From a virus: a DNA stretch of 35,108 bases. A program made the translations under genes and the position numbers. Where the stretch lies: IMG/VR virus record IMGVR_UViG_3300028198_000279, positions 1 to 35,108 of that record; one strand, written 5' to 3'. This document shows positions 1 through 7,781 of the stretch, piece by piece. Under the pieces are notes generated by a model. It searched no databases and was not told the origin of the DNA. It saw nothing but the letters and a program-made list of their open reading frames with translations. Numbering within the stretch: the first letter of the stretch is position 1; the number at the start of each line of letters is the position of its first letter.

Positions 1-276
1 AATATTATGTGAAACATTCTGTAGGTTCACCACAGATGAATCTGGGTGGTCTAATTCCCCCATAGCCCGACGTTCTTTAATATAGGTGGTTGTATACTTC
101 TTAGCCTCTCTTACTAAAACTTCACGCGGATAAACTCTACCATTTTGGTTTTTAGCCTCTGCTCGTTGAAGTACACCTTTAACAATTAATTTACCATCAT
201 TTTCTTTTAATGATTCATTTATCTGTTCCGATTTTACTTCAAATGGTAGATAATCTACTAATAGTTCCTTGTTCAT
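1..276 (-). CDS. gp21: Prohead core protein protease (T4 gp21-like), 5' part; runs off the left edge
   Basis: Not in the ORF track. Manual translation from ATG at 276 gives MNKELLVDYLPFEV...LIVKGVLQRAEAKNQNGRVYPREVL...RRAMGELDHPDSSVVNLQNVSHNI. NxNGRxYP and GELDHP are typical gp21-family motifs, and the gene lies downstream of the portal as in T4. Confidence 0.93.
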   Translation of the reverse strand, partial: MNKELLVDYLPFEVKSEQINESLKENDGKLIVKGVLQRAEAKNQNGRVYPREVLVREAKKYTTTYIKERRAMGELDHPDSSVVNLQNVSHNI

Positions 277-278
277 AA

Positions 279-536
279 TTATTTTATCCTCTTAGTGAGT
301 GCCATAAATTCTCTCATAAATTTAGTTATATTCTGTTGATATGACCTTATTATTTTATTAGCCGTGGGTTTTTCACCACCACTACTTAAATCTTGTGCTA
401 ACTCATACATCGTATGACGTAAACGACTTTCTGCCTTACGTAAAGTCTTTATCTGTTTTTGTAATTTTTTATCACTAACAGGTGCCTCTATTAAAAGTTC
501 AGAAGCCTCAAGAAAATCTTTTAATCCTACAGACAT
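279..536 (-). CDS. Hypothetical helical protein, candidate prohead core/internal protein
   Basis: 85-aa ORF coupled by a TAATG overlap at 536 and ending 2 nt before the gp21-like start. The N-terminus has LLIE-type Glu sites. Confidence 0.6.
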   Translation of the reverse strand: MSVGLKDFLEASELLIEAPVSDKKLQKQIKTLRKAESRLRHTMYELAQDLSSGGEKPTANKIIRSYQQNITKFMREFMALTKRIK

Positions 537-973
537 TAGTATAATTTACCAACTTTATTAGCTAATTTAACTAATCTCTCACTAATTTTACCTAATGCCT
601 TATGAGTAGTTTTCCAATAATCTCTTGAATCTATGTTCAATTCATTTTTCAGTCTAACATTATATTGAACAGTTCTTTCTAATTCTTGTAAGGAATCACG
701 AGTTTCTCTCATTGCTAAACCAATTTTTTGTTTAGGTGTTAAAGTCTCATCATTTCTATATTGATGATATCTGCCTTCTTTAACAACTTCATATCCAGTT
801 GAATTGGTTGCCACTTCTTCTTCCTTATCCTTATCTTTCTTTTTCTTCGAACTAAATGCAAACGGTGTATTATATCCTGCAATATCACCAGTTTGTGTAA
901 TTTCATTAGTGCTTAATAATTCTCTAACAAATGCCCTAATATATTGTCTTAACTTATTTTCTGTCAAGGACAT
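536..973 (-). CDS. Hypothetical head-module protein with amphipathic leader (KLRQYIRAFVRELLSTNE)
   Basis: 145-aa ORF between portal and protease. Its leader resembles those of the ORFs at 13098-17664. Confidence 0.65.
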   Translation of the reverse strand: MSLTENKLRQYIRAFVRELLSTNEITQTGDIAGYNTPFAFSSKKKKDKDKEEEVATNSTGYEVVKEGRYHQYRNDETLTPKQKIGLAMRETRDSLQELERTVQYNVRLKNELNIDSRDYWKTTHKALGKISERLVKLANKVGKLY

Positions 974-1811
974 CTTCTAACTCCGTTATCAAATCATAAT
1001 ATCTTAATAAAGTTGTTAATTTCTTCTCAGTATTTTTATTTTCACTAATAGTATCTACAAAGTTAATCGCCTCTGTTAACTTAATTTTAGTAATATCATC
1101 ATCTATAGCAGGTACAAGTTTTTTCAGATAACTTTTTATTTTACCCACCTCTACTTGTACAAATTCTCTTAATGAAGTAGCATTAGAAACATTATTAATA
1201 TATTTTCTCAATACTTCTTTTTGTTCTGTAGATAATTTAGAATACTTTTTATTAAACTTTTCTACCATTAACTCATAAGCAAGTAATCTAACATCCTTTT
1301 CTTCAGTAGTTACTGGAGATTCACTAACCTTTTTATTAGGATTAGAGGAAATTAAATTTTCAACAATAGTATATCTTGAATCTACTTCTTCTTTTGGACT
1401 ATAACTTTCGTTTGAAGTCTCAATAGAAAATAGTTTCCAAATGGAAGCCAATTGTTTAAAATTAGGGATTTTTGAAGTAAATAATGTTTTTACATCATAA
1501 TCTTCTTTAATTTCTTTTATTAAATTAAATTTTTCCCTTCTAAGAGAGGCATTTGTAATTTGTGCCCGTTCTTTTAAGACGGCATCTACCAATCTGTTTG
1601 CACGTTCTTCAGAATTATATCGTTCTTTTGTTAAAATTTCATATAATTCTAACTCTTTACCTAATGCAGTATTTTTATTAAAATACTTTTTGACTAAATT
1701 TACAGATTTTGATTCTTTATTGCTCAGTATATCTGATGTTATTTGTCGAGTCAAAACTTCAAATAACACACCAGTATTTTTAATTTTACTGTGCTTCAAC
1801 TTTTTAGACAT
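954..1811 (-). CDS. Hypothetical head-module protein (helical), candidate prohead core protein
   Basis: 285-aa ORF immediately after the portal, preceded by a GGAG Shine-Dalgarno and an ATATTTATA motif. Confidence 0.7.
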   Translation of the reverse strand: MSKKLKHSKIKNTGVLFEVLTRQITSDILSNKESKSVNLVKKYFNKNTALGKELELYEILTKERYNSEERANRLVDAVLKERAQITNASLRREKFNLIKEIKEDYDVKTLFTSKIPNFKQLASIWKLFSIETSNESYSPKEEVDSRYTIVENLISSNPNKKVSESPVTTEEKDVRLLAYELMVEKFNKKYSKLSTEQKEVLRKYINNVSNATSLREFVQVEVGKIKSYLKKLVPAIDDDITKIKLTEAINFVDTISENKNTEKKLTTLLRYYDLITELEDVLDRK

Positions 1812-1876
1812 ATATCACTCCAATGATAATTATATTCACTCTATTATAAATATTAAACTTCTAAAATTTATATATA

Positions 1877-3688
1877 TTACGATTTAGAATTTATTTCCTT
1901 ATCATATTCCTCTTTTACTTCCTCAGACTCAGTTAATATCTTTGTATGAGGTTTAATTAATGTTCCCTTTAGTTTATCAACGTGGGCTAAAGCTAATGAC
2001 TTACCATATTTAGGTGCTCCACTCCCACCTTTTCTTTTATCGTGTTTTCCTAATGGATCTCTTCCTCTTGCACTACCATCTTTTCCATAGTGAGGGCCTT
2101 CTTTAGGTCTACCTGCTCCCGGCTGTCCACCTTCTGGAGCTCCACCCTCATCTTCTAACTCATGACCAGTTCTTCCCATAGCTAAATCACTCGGTGTTCC
2201 TTGTGATTCACCAGATTTTGCTGGATCATTTCCTTCCGTTTCTATTTGTCCTCTTCTAAATTTTTGCTTAAAATCGAAAACAATACCTTCATCTTCTTTT
2301 TTAATTTCTTCTTCGGTGAATCCAAATATGTTTCTATAAATCCAATCTGTAGAAACTATACCATCTTGTAACATTGAAGATGCAAGTGAAGTTTTACTCG
2401 TCCACAACTCAATTTTTTCTTGTTCATATATTGTAGATGGATTTGTTAAACCTAAATCAAAATTAACTAAATCTGCGTCTGTATATCCTTGTACGTATAA
2501 ATGTACAATAGCAATCTTTGTTAATTCACTAACAATAATTCTTTGTATTCTTTCAATCGTTCTTGCAAATCTAACATCTTCTGCTGCTAAAGTTGCCTTT
2601 GAACCAACTTGTTCTTCGTATCCAAGAAACGCCTTTGGAATCTTTAATGCTGCCATCAACTTATTTCTTAGATACTCAATATCTTCAACTGCTTCATAAG
2701 TTAATCCAGGTAATGAATCTATTTGTGTTCCACTATCTCCACCACGAACAGGTACAAAGAAATCTTCTGTTATGTTTTGCATATTATATCGTAAATTATA
2801 ATCACCAGATTCTTTTTCTACTACGGGTGCCTTTTTCATTTTATTGATAATTTGTTGCATATAATTATCAACTTCGTTTGGTGGAATATTACCTATATCA
2901 ATTTTAAATACTCTCTTTTCTGGAGCTCTCATAATTCTGTGAATCAACATAGCATCTTCCATAAGTGAAAGTTGTTTCCAAGTCTTTCTACCACCTTCAA
3001 CCATAGCCTTACCATACGGTAAATAATTTGAATCTCCCAATAATCTAAAATGTGCAATTTCGAAATTTTCAAATTCTTGTTGAGTATGAGTTACTTTTGT
3101 CTGATTTGGATCTGCTGATTCTAATACAAACTTAACATATTCTGGATTTTCTGGATCAATTCCTTCTAATCTCACTACATCATAGCTTGATAACGGAACT
3201 ACATTTTTAACTCCATATTTATCATCTATTTCTAAATGTAAAAAGAAATCTCCATACTTACACATATTACGAACCCAAGACCATAAATTAAATTCTACAT
3301 TCAAAATATCATAAAATAAATTATGTAATATTTGTTTTATTTGATCATTATCACTATTGATTGTTAAAACATCACCATACTCGGATTTCATTGTTGATTC
3401 ATCTGAATAAACATCCAATGCTGATGATATAATAGAATCACTATCCATTGATTCATAATCTCTAAATAACCCTAACCGCATTGAGCGTACCATCGCGGTA
3501 TCTGAATATCCAGATAATCCTTTACCCGTTGAAAACAATCGTTGATATCTATCCACCAATTGTTTTTGTGGTAAATATTGTACTTTACTCGTATCTGCTA
3601 CTTTTAATTTTCTTCCACCAACGTTTCTAACAATAACGTTACCTGAAAATAATCTAAACAGTCGAGCTCTTATTGATGTATCTGCCAT
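1877..3688 (-). CDS. gp20: Portal vertex protein (T4 gp20-like)
   Basis: Motifs MEDAMLIHRIMRAPEKRVFKIDIGNIP, EDFFVPVRGG..GTQIDSLPG, DIEYLRNKLMAALKIPKAFL and EDVRFARTIERIQ are characteristic of gp20 portals. It sits next to the terminase. Confidence 0.96.
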   Translation of the reverse strand: MADTSIRARLFRLFSGNVIVRNVGGRKLKVADTSKVQYLPQKQLVDRYQRLFSTGKGLSGYSDTAMVRSMRLGLFRDYESMDSDSIISSALDVYSDESTMKSEYGDVLTINSDNDQIKQILHNLFYDILNVEFNLWSWVRNMCKYGDFFLHLEIDDKYGVKNVVPLSSYDVVRLEGIDPENPEYVKFVLESADPNQTKVTHTQQEFENFEIAHFRLLGDSNYLPYGKAMVEGGRKTWKQLSLMEDAMLIHRIMRAPEKRVFKIDIGNIPPNEVDNYMQQIINKMKKAPVVEKESGDYNLRYNMQNITEDFFVPVRGGDSGTQIDSLPGLTYEAVEDIEYLRNKLMAALKIPKAFLGYEEQVGSKATLAAEDVRFARTIERIQRIIVSELTKIAIVHLYVQGYTDADLVNFDLGLTNPSTIYEQEKIELWTSKTSLASSMLQDGIVSTDWIYRNIFGFTEEEIKKEDEGIVFDFKQKFRRGQIETEGNDPAKSGESQGTPSDLAMGRTGHELEDEGGAPEGGQPGAGRPKEGPHYGKDGSARGRDPLGKHDKRKGGSGAPKYGKSLALAHVDKLKGTLIKPHTKILTESEEVKEEYDKEINSKS

Positions 3689-3696
3689 ACTTTCCT

Positions 3697-5286
3697 CTAA
3701 TTAATTAACCATTCCAATGATTCTTTTTCTTTATTTCTATTTCCTACATCCCATTGCCAGGCATCCTGACCAGGGTTTTCATCTGTTACATATATACCAG
3801 GATTCATATCAATCCCCGCCAAACTTTTCTTCTGTAATTCTATTCCTTCGGCCCTCAATCTTAATGCTGTTTCTCTTATCCACAATCCAATACCAAATGA
3901 CATTACTAAGTCATCATTGTATCCTTGCATAGCTTCAGCTTTAGTTCCGTTATATATAAATACGAATAATTCATCAATTAATCTCTGGGAATAAACTTTA
4001 ACTGATTTTTCTCTAAAAAATTCTTCTAATTTAGAAATAACCAAAGGTCTTGTTTTTGTAGACATTGTAAACCCAGGAATCATTTGTTTTTCTTGTCTAT
4101 AAAGTTTATTAGACATTTGTTTTTGTGTATCCACATATTGTAAATCTTTACTCATATAAAATAAGTTATCATATTCTCTATCTATTACTTGTTGAATTGC
4201 TGCCCACCCAATTGTGGCGTTCTCAATTACCAATAATGCGTTATTATATTCCTTAGATATATTTACAAGTAAGTTACCATAATCCCTTGTAGAAATCTTA
4301 CCTTTATATTCCGCTACTTGTTTACAATCTTCTACTTCCATAACATGAAATGCCGAGTAGTCGGTCGCATCCCCCCTACTAACATCTGCACTCACAACAT
4401 AATCTTTTGTATAATTTGGTTGTTCCCATATCCAAACATTATTATCAACTCCACGTTTTTCCATAGGGTCTTTTACCATAGTGGTTCTATATTCTTCTAA
4501 AATAACACCATCAACTACAGATTGACCAGAAGTGATAAAGTCACAATCACATTCTTGAGCGGCCATTGAAGGCCCCAATAATTTATCTTGTTCATCTCTC
4601 CAAGGTTGTTCTCTATCTGGATGTATAGTCCAATGAAGTTTAATCATATTCCAATTATTAGCACCATCTTCAGCATCTACCCAAGTTCTATGAAACCAAT
4701 TACCAACACCATTTGGTGTAGAAAGTGCAATACATCTACCACCTAATGCCAATGTTTGAGATGCAGCAGTCCATATTGAATCTATTTTAGGAATAAATGC
4801 CGCCTCATCTAACACCAATAAAGATAGTGCCTCTGAACGACCTGCTTCATCTGAACTTGCGATTGCCTTGATTTGAGAACCATTTCTATATCTTAATGAT
4901 AATTTATTATCTTCCACACAATTGGCCTTTAACCAACTTGGAAGATTTGCGTGCATTACACGAACTTTTGTTACTAAATTTTTAGCAGTATCTTGTTTGG
5001 TGGCAATTACTAATATGTTCTTATCTTGATGAAATGTCATCATCCATAATGCATATCCCGCAGTTAATGTACTGATACCTAACTGTCTTGCCTTTAAAAT
5101 AACATTATATTCATTTTTTAATAAATCTTCAATTGTTCTTTCTTGAAAATCATACAAATTAAATGGTATTTTCCCTTTAAGTGGATGTTGAATTACGCAA
5201 TACTTTCTTAAAAAATATACAGGAGATTCTGCACATTTTAAAAATTCTCGTTTTATTGCATTTTTTATATTTTTCTTATTATCCAT
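3697..5286 (-). CDS. gp17: Terminase large subunit (T4 gp17-like)
   Basis: Walker A region KARQLGIST, Walker B LLVLDEAAF, STPNG coupling motif, and RNase H-like nuclease acidic motifs (SADVSRG..DYS; NDDLVMS). Confidence 0.96.
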   Translation of the reverse strand: MDNKKNIKNAIKREFLKCAESPVYFLRKYCVIQHPLKGKIPFNLYDFQERTIEDLLKNEYNVILKARQLGISTLTAGYALWMMTFHQDKNILVIATKQDTAKNLVTKVRVMHANLPSWLKANCVEDNKLSLRYRNGSQIKAIASSDEAGRSEALSLLVLDEAAFIPKIDSIWTAASQTLALGGRCIALSTPNGVGNWFHRTWVDAEDGANNWNMIKLHWTIHPDREQPWRDEQDKLLGPSMAAQECDCDFITSGQSVVDGVILEEYRTTMVKDPMEKRGVDNNVWIWEQPNYTKDYVVSADVSRGDATDYSAFHVMEVEDCKQVAEYKGKISTRDYGNLLVNISKEYNNALLVIENATIGWAAIQQVIDREYDNLFYMSKDLQYVDTQKQMSNKLYRQEKQMIPGFTMSTKTRPLVISKLEEFFREKSVKVYSQRLIDELFVFIYNGTKAEAMQGYNDDLVMSFGIGLWIRETALRLRAEGIELQKKSLAGIDMNPGIYVTDENPGQDAWQWDVGNRNKEKESLEWLIN

Positions 5287-5660
5287 TATTTAAACCAGTT
5301 GATACCTTTACCTATATTATATGCCGGTATTCCGACTATTCCTGCTCCATAGACAAAATATAACCATTTATTTTCATACCAAGATGGTTTTACTAATTTT
5401 ACCTTCTTTTCTAATAACTTAATTTGTTCATCAGATAATTTAATTTGAGATTCATATAAAACTTTTAAAGAATCATCTTCTACTGACTTTCCCTTATAAA
5501 TATCAAATAAACTGTCCTGATACGAAACTATTTTTGATAAACTTTCTACTTCAAATTGTAACTGTTTTATATTATTAGTTAAACTTATAGCATCCTCTTC
5601 GGTCAGAGTCATTTGTCCGAAAAGTGAACCAATTAGGAATAAGTGTATTATCCATTTCAT
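5286..5660 (-). CDS. Exported/membrane coiled-coil protein (N-terminal signal peptide, C-terminal hydrophobic segment)
   Basis: MKWIIHLFLIGSLFGQ signal-like N-terminus, heptad-rich middle and WLYFVYGAGIVGIPAY C-terminal hydrophobic stretch. Confidence 0.65.
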   Translation of the reverse strand: MKWIIHLFLIGSLFGQMTLTEEDAISLTNNIKQLQFEVESLSKIVSYQDSLFDIYKGKSVEDDSLKVLYESQIKLSDEQIKLLEKKVKLVKPSWYENKWLYFVYGAGIVGIPAYNIGKGINWFK

Positions 5661-5678
5661 TAGTCAAGATTATTTTAA

Positions 5679-5933
5679 TTATCTATGTAGGACGTGAACT
5701 ACACCAGTTGAACCAATTACTACTTTCCTTACACCAATTGGATAAAGTGTTTTAGTGGTAATTTGATCCGTATCTAATGTTCCACCACTAGCACAATGTA
5801 TTACTACATTAGTAGCATTTTCAACAATAAATCCCGCACCAGAATTTGAACCTGTGGCATGAAAGGTAGTACTTGACGCCACCTCTGTTACCTTATTATA
5901 ATCACCCAGTGCTAAATTGTCTGGTATTGCCAT
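5679..5933 (-). CDS. Small beta-rich hypothetical protein, possibly a virion structural/decoration protein
   Basis: 84 aa, rich in G/S/T/V, with a clear AGGAG SD upstream. Confidence 0.6.
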   Translation of the reverse strand: MAIPDNLALGDYNKVTEVASSTTFHATGSNSGAGFIVENATNVVIHCASGGTLDTDQITTKTLYPIGVRKVVIGSTGVVHVLHR

Positions 5934-5945
5934 TTTAATCTCCTA

Positions 5946-6275
5946 TTATTTTTTCTTAGCAAATTCTCTTAAAAAATCTTCAGCCTCAGAAATATCTTTT
6001 ACTTTCTTTGTCTTAGAAGAACCTTTTTTTACTTCTTCTATTTCTTTTTCAAGTTTTTCTGCCTTTGTTTTTAATTTATCACTCTTTTTAGAAACAGATT
6101 TAGTGGCAGACTTAATTTGTTTCTTTTTTTTCTTTATATCTTTAATTTTTTTGTCTATCTTTACTATTTTCTTCTTTTTTATCTTAGATAATAGTTGAGA
6201 TAATCCCAGAAAAAAAGTAAATATCCAAACAGGATTAATTTTTTTAAAGAATTTCCTGATTGAGTCCCTACTCAT
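5946..6275 (-). CDS. N-terminally membrane-anchored Lys-rich coiled-coil protein
   Basis: Hydrophobic INPVWIFTFFLGLSQLL segment followed by a K/E-rich coiled coil. TAATG overlap with the upstream ORF. Confidence 0.65.
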   Translation of the reverse strand: MSRDSIRKFFKKINPVWIFTFFLGLSQLLSKIKKKKIVKIDKKIKDIKKKKKQIKSATKSVSKKSDKLKTKAEKLEKEIEEVKKGSSKTKKVKDISEAEDFLREFAKKK

Positions 6276-6529
6276 TAAAGACCACGTTTAATTTTAGCAA
6301 AGTATCTAATTAAATCACTTTTATCCAAATTTAACGCCTTAACTATTCTTGCCAGTGCTGCTACTTGTCTTTTTCGATTAAGATTAGCACCTTTAATAGC
6401 ATCAACTGCTTTATTTAAATATCTTTCGGCTTGAGCGGGAAGTTTATAATCTTCTAAACCTTTACCGTCTTCCGTCATCACTTCCTTAATCTCTGTACGA
6501 ATTATATTACGCAATTCATCTTGTGTCAT
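6275..6529 (-). CDS. Hypothetical protein with leader MTQDELRNIIRTEIKEVMTE (candidate internal head protein)
   Basis: AGGAG SD. The leader matches the L(R/K)xII(R/K)xE family seen at 13098-17664. Confidence 0.65.
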   Translation of the reverse strand: MTQDELRNIIRTEIKEVMTEDGKGLEDYKLPAQAERYLNKAVDAIKGANLNRKRQVAALARIVKALNLDKSDLIRYFAKIKRGL

Positions 6530-6575
6530 AGTAAAATCTCCTAATTATCTATGTTAACATACATATAAATATCAA

Positions 6576-7121
6576 TTAAATTGTTTCTTCTAAGTTTTTT
6601 AAATAATCTTCAGCTTCCACTAAAAGTTTTTTCATTTCTTCTCCATCATCTCCACCCCACTTTTCTTCATCTACCGAATAACCATCCGCTCTTACCTGAT
6701 TCAAAAATGTGACCGCATCTGGAGAATTTTTCCACTCTTCTATGGTTTGTTTTAAATCTTTGATATAAGACCGTTTATTTTCTCTAACTTTTGTTTTTTC
6801 ATATTCTTCATAAGTACCATTTATTCTCATTTTGGTTTCTTCGTTTACCACACAATCATGACACCTACTTTGTAAATAATAAAATTTAGTATCTAACCGA
6901 CTTTTCATTATTTTCTTACATTCTGGACAAAACCACGGCATTCTTGCTTCTTTTAATACATCTGCCTTTTCTGAAGAAATTTTTCGTTCTTCTTTCTCTG
7001 TTTCAGTAAGTCCTATTTTATCTCCTTGATATCCTACCATTATACGTTTTTCTGGAGACTTACCATCAAGAATTGATTGTAATGCTTCGTTTTGTCTTTG
7101 ATTTTCTCTACTATATCCCAT
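6576..7121 (-). CDS. Hypothetical protein with a CxxC...CxxC zinc-binding motif
   Basis: WFCPECKK and RCHDCVV in a 181-aa ORF. Confidence 0.7.
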   Translation of the reverse strand: MGYSRENQRQNEALQSILDGKSPEKRIMVGYQGDKIGLTETEKEERKISSEKADVLKEARMPWFCPECKKIMKSRLDTKFYYLQSRCHDCVVNEETKMRINGTYEEYEKTKVRENKRSYIKDLKQTIEEWKNSPDAVTFLNQVRADGYSVDEEKWGGDDGEEMKKLLVEAEDYLKNLEETI

Positions 7122-7127
7122 AATAAC

Positions 7128-7745
7128 CTATACTCCGTATTGCCTTTTATATTTGTAATATGTCGGAATACTTACACCTAATTCATAGATGATTTCTGTT
7201 ACTGACTTATTACTTTCTAATACTTTTATTAAATCTTCTTTTTTCACTTTCGGGTTTTCCTCATAATATCTTTTGTGAGCCAATCTCTGTTTCTCTCTAT
7301 ACTCATCACTTTTCCAAAGTTCTTTACTAACTTTAGAAACTCCTCTTGAAATTTTTTCTCTTACTTCTTTACTTCTCATTACTTCCTTATGTATCTTTGA
7401 GTTTCTTTGTGCTAAACTCATTTTCTTTTTTTGTTCTTTCGTTCTCCTTAAACCCAATGTTGCTTTACCACCTGCAACTGCATCATTAGTTAAACCACCT
7501 GGTGAAATATTGTATTCTGGTTTTAATTTACTAATCCAATATTTCTCTCTTTCATCTAATTTATCAATACTATCTACTACTTCTAATGTTTCAACAATAA
7601 AGTTTTCACCACCATACTTTTTGATAGCATTACTCAATATAATTCCACTACCTTTATAATAGCGATTATTATTTTGTCTGGTCTGTCCTATGTAGAACTT
7701 TCCATTCAATAAATTGGTTGTTTTATATATTCTATAATATCCCAT
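7128..7745 (-). CDS. GIY-YIG homing endonuclease (Seg-like, free-standing)
   Basis: IYKTTNLLNGKFYIGQT GIY-YIG motif, conserved R/E/N module residues, basic NUMOD3-like repeats and a C-terminal HTH-like segment. The start is more likely the ATG at 7745 (AAAGGT upstream) than 7772. Confidence 0.9.
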   Translation of the reverse strand: MGYYRIYKTTNLLNGKFYIGQTRQNNNRYYKGSGIILSNAIKKYGGENFIVETLEVVDSIDKLDEREKYWISKLKPEYNISPGGLTNDAVAGGKATLGLRRTKEQKKKMSLAQRNSKIHKEVMRSKEVREKISRGVSKVSKELWKSDEYREKQRLAHKRYYEENPKVKKEDLIKVLESNKSVTEIIYELGVSIPTYYKYKRQYGV

Positions 7746-7781
7746 ACCTTTATATAAATATATAGGATACAAAAAAATGTA

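Noticed and set aside
1862-1891. Inverted repeat TTCTAAA...TTTAGAA after the portal stop as a terminator
   Set aside because: The 7-bp stem is nearly all AT with a long loop and no convincing U-tract, which is too weak in such AT-rich DNA.
1877-5286. Intein or intron in terminase or portal
   Set aside because: The ORFs are continuous and of ordinary length, and no intein splice motifs or LAGLIDADG blocks were seen.
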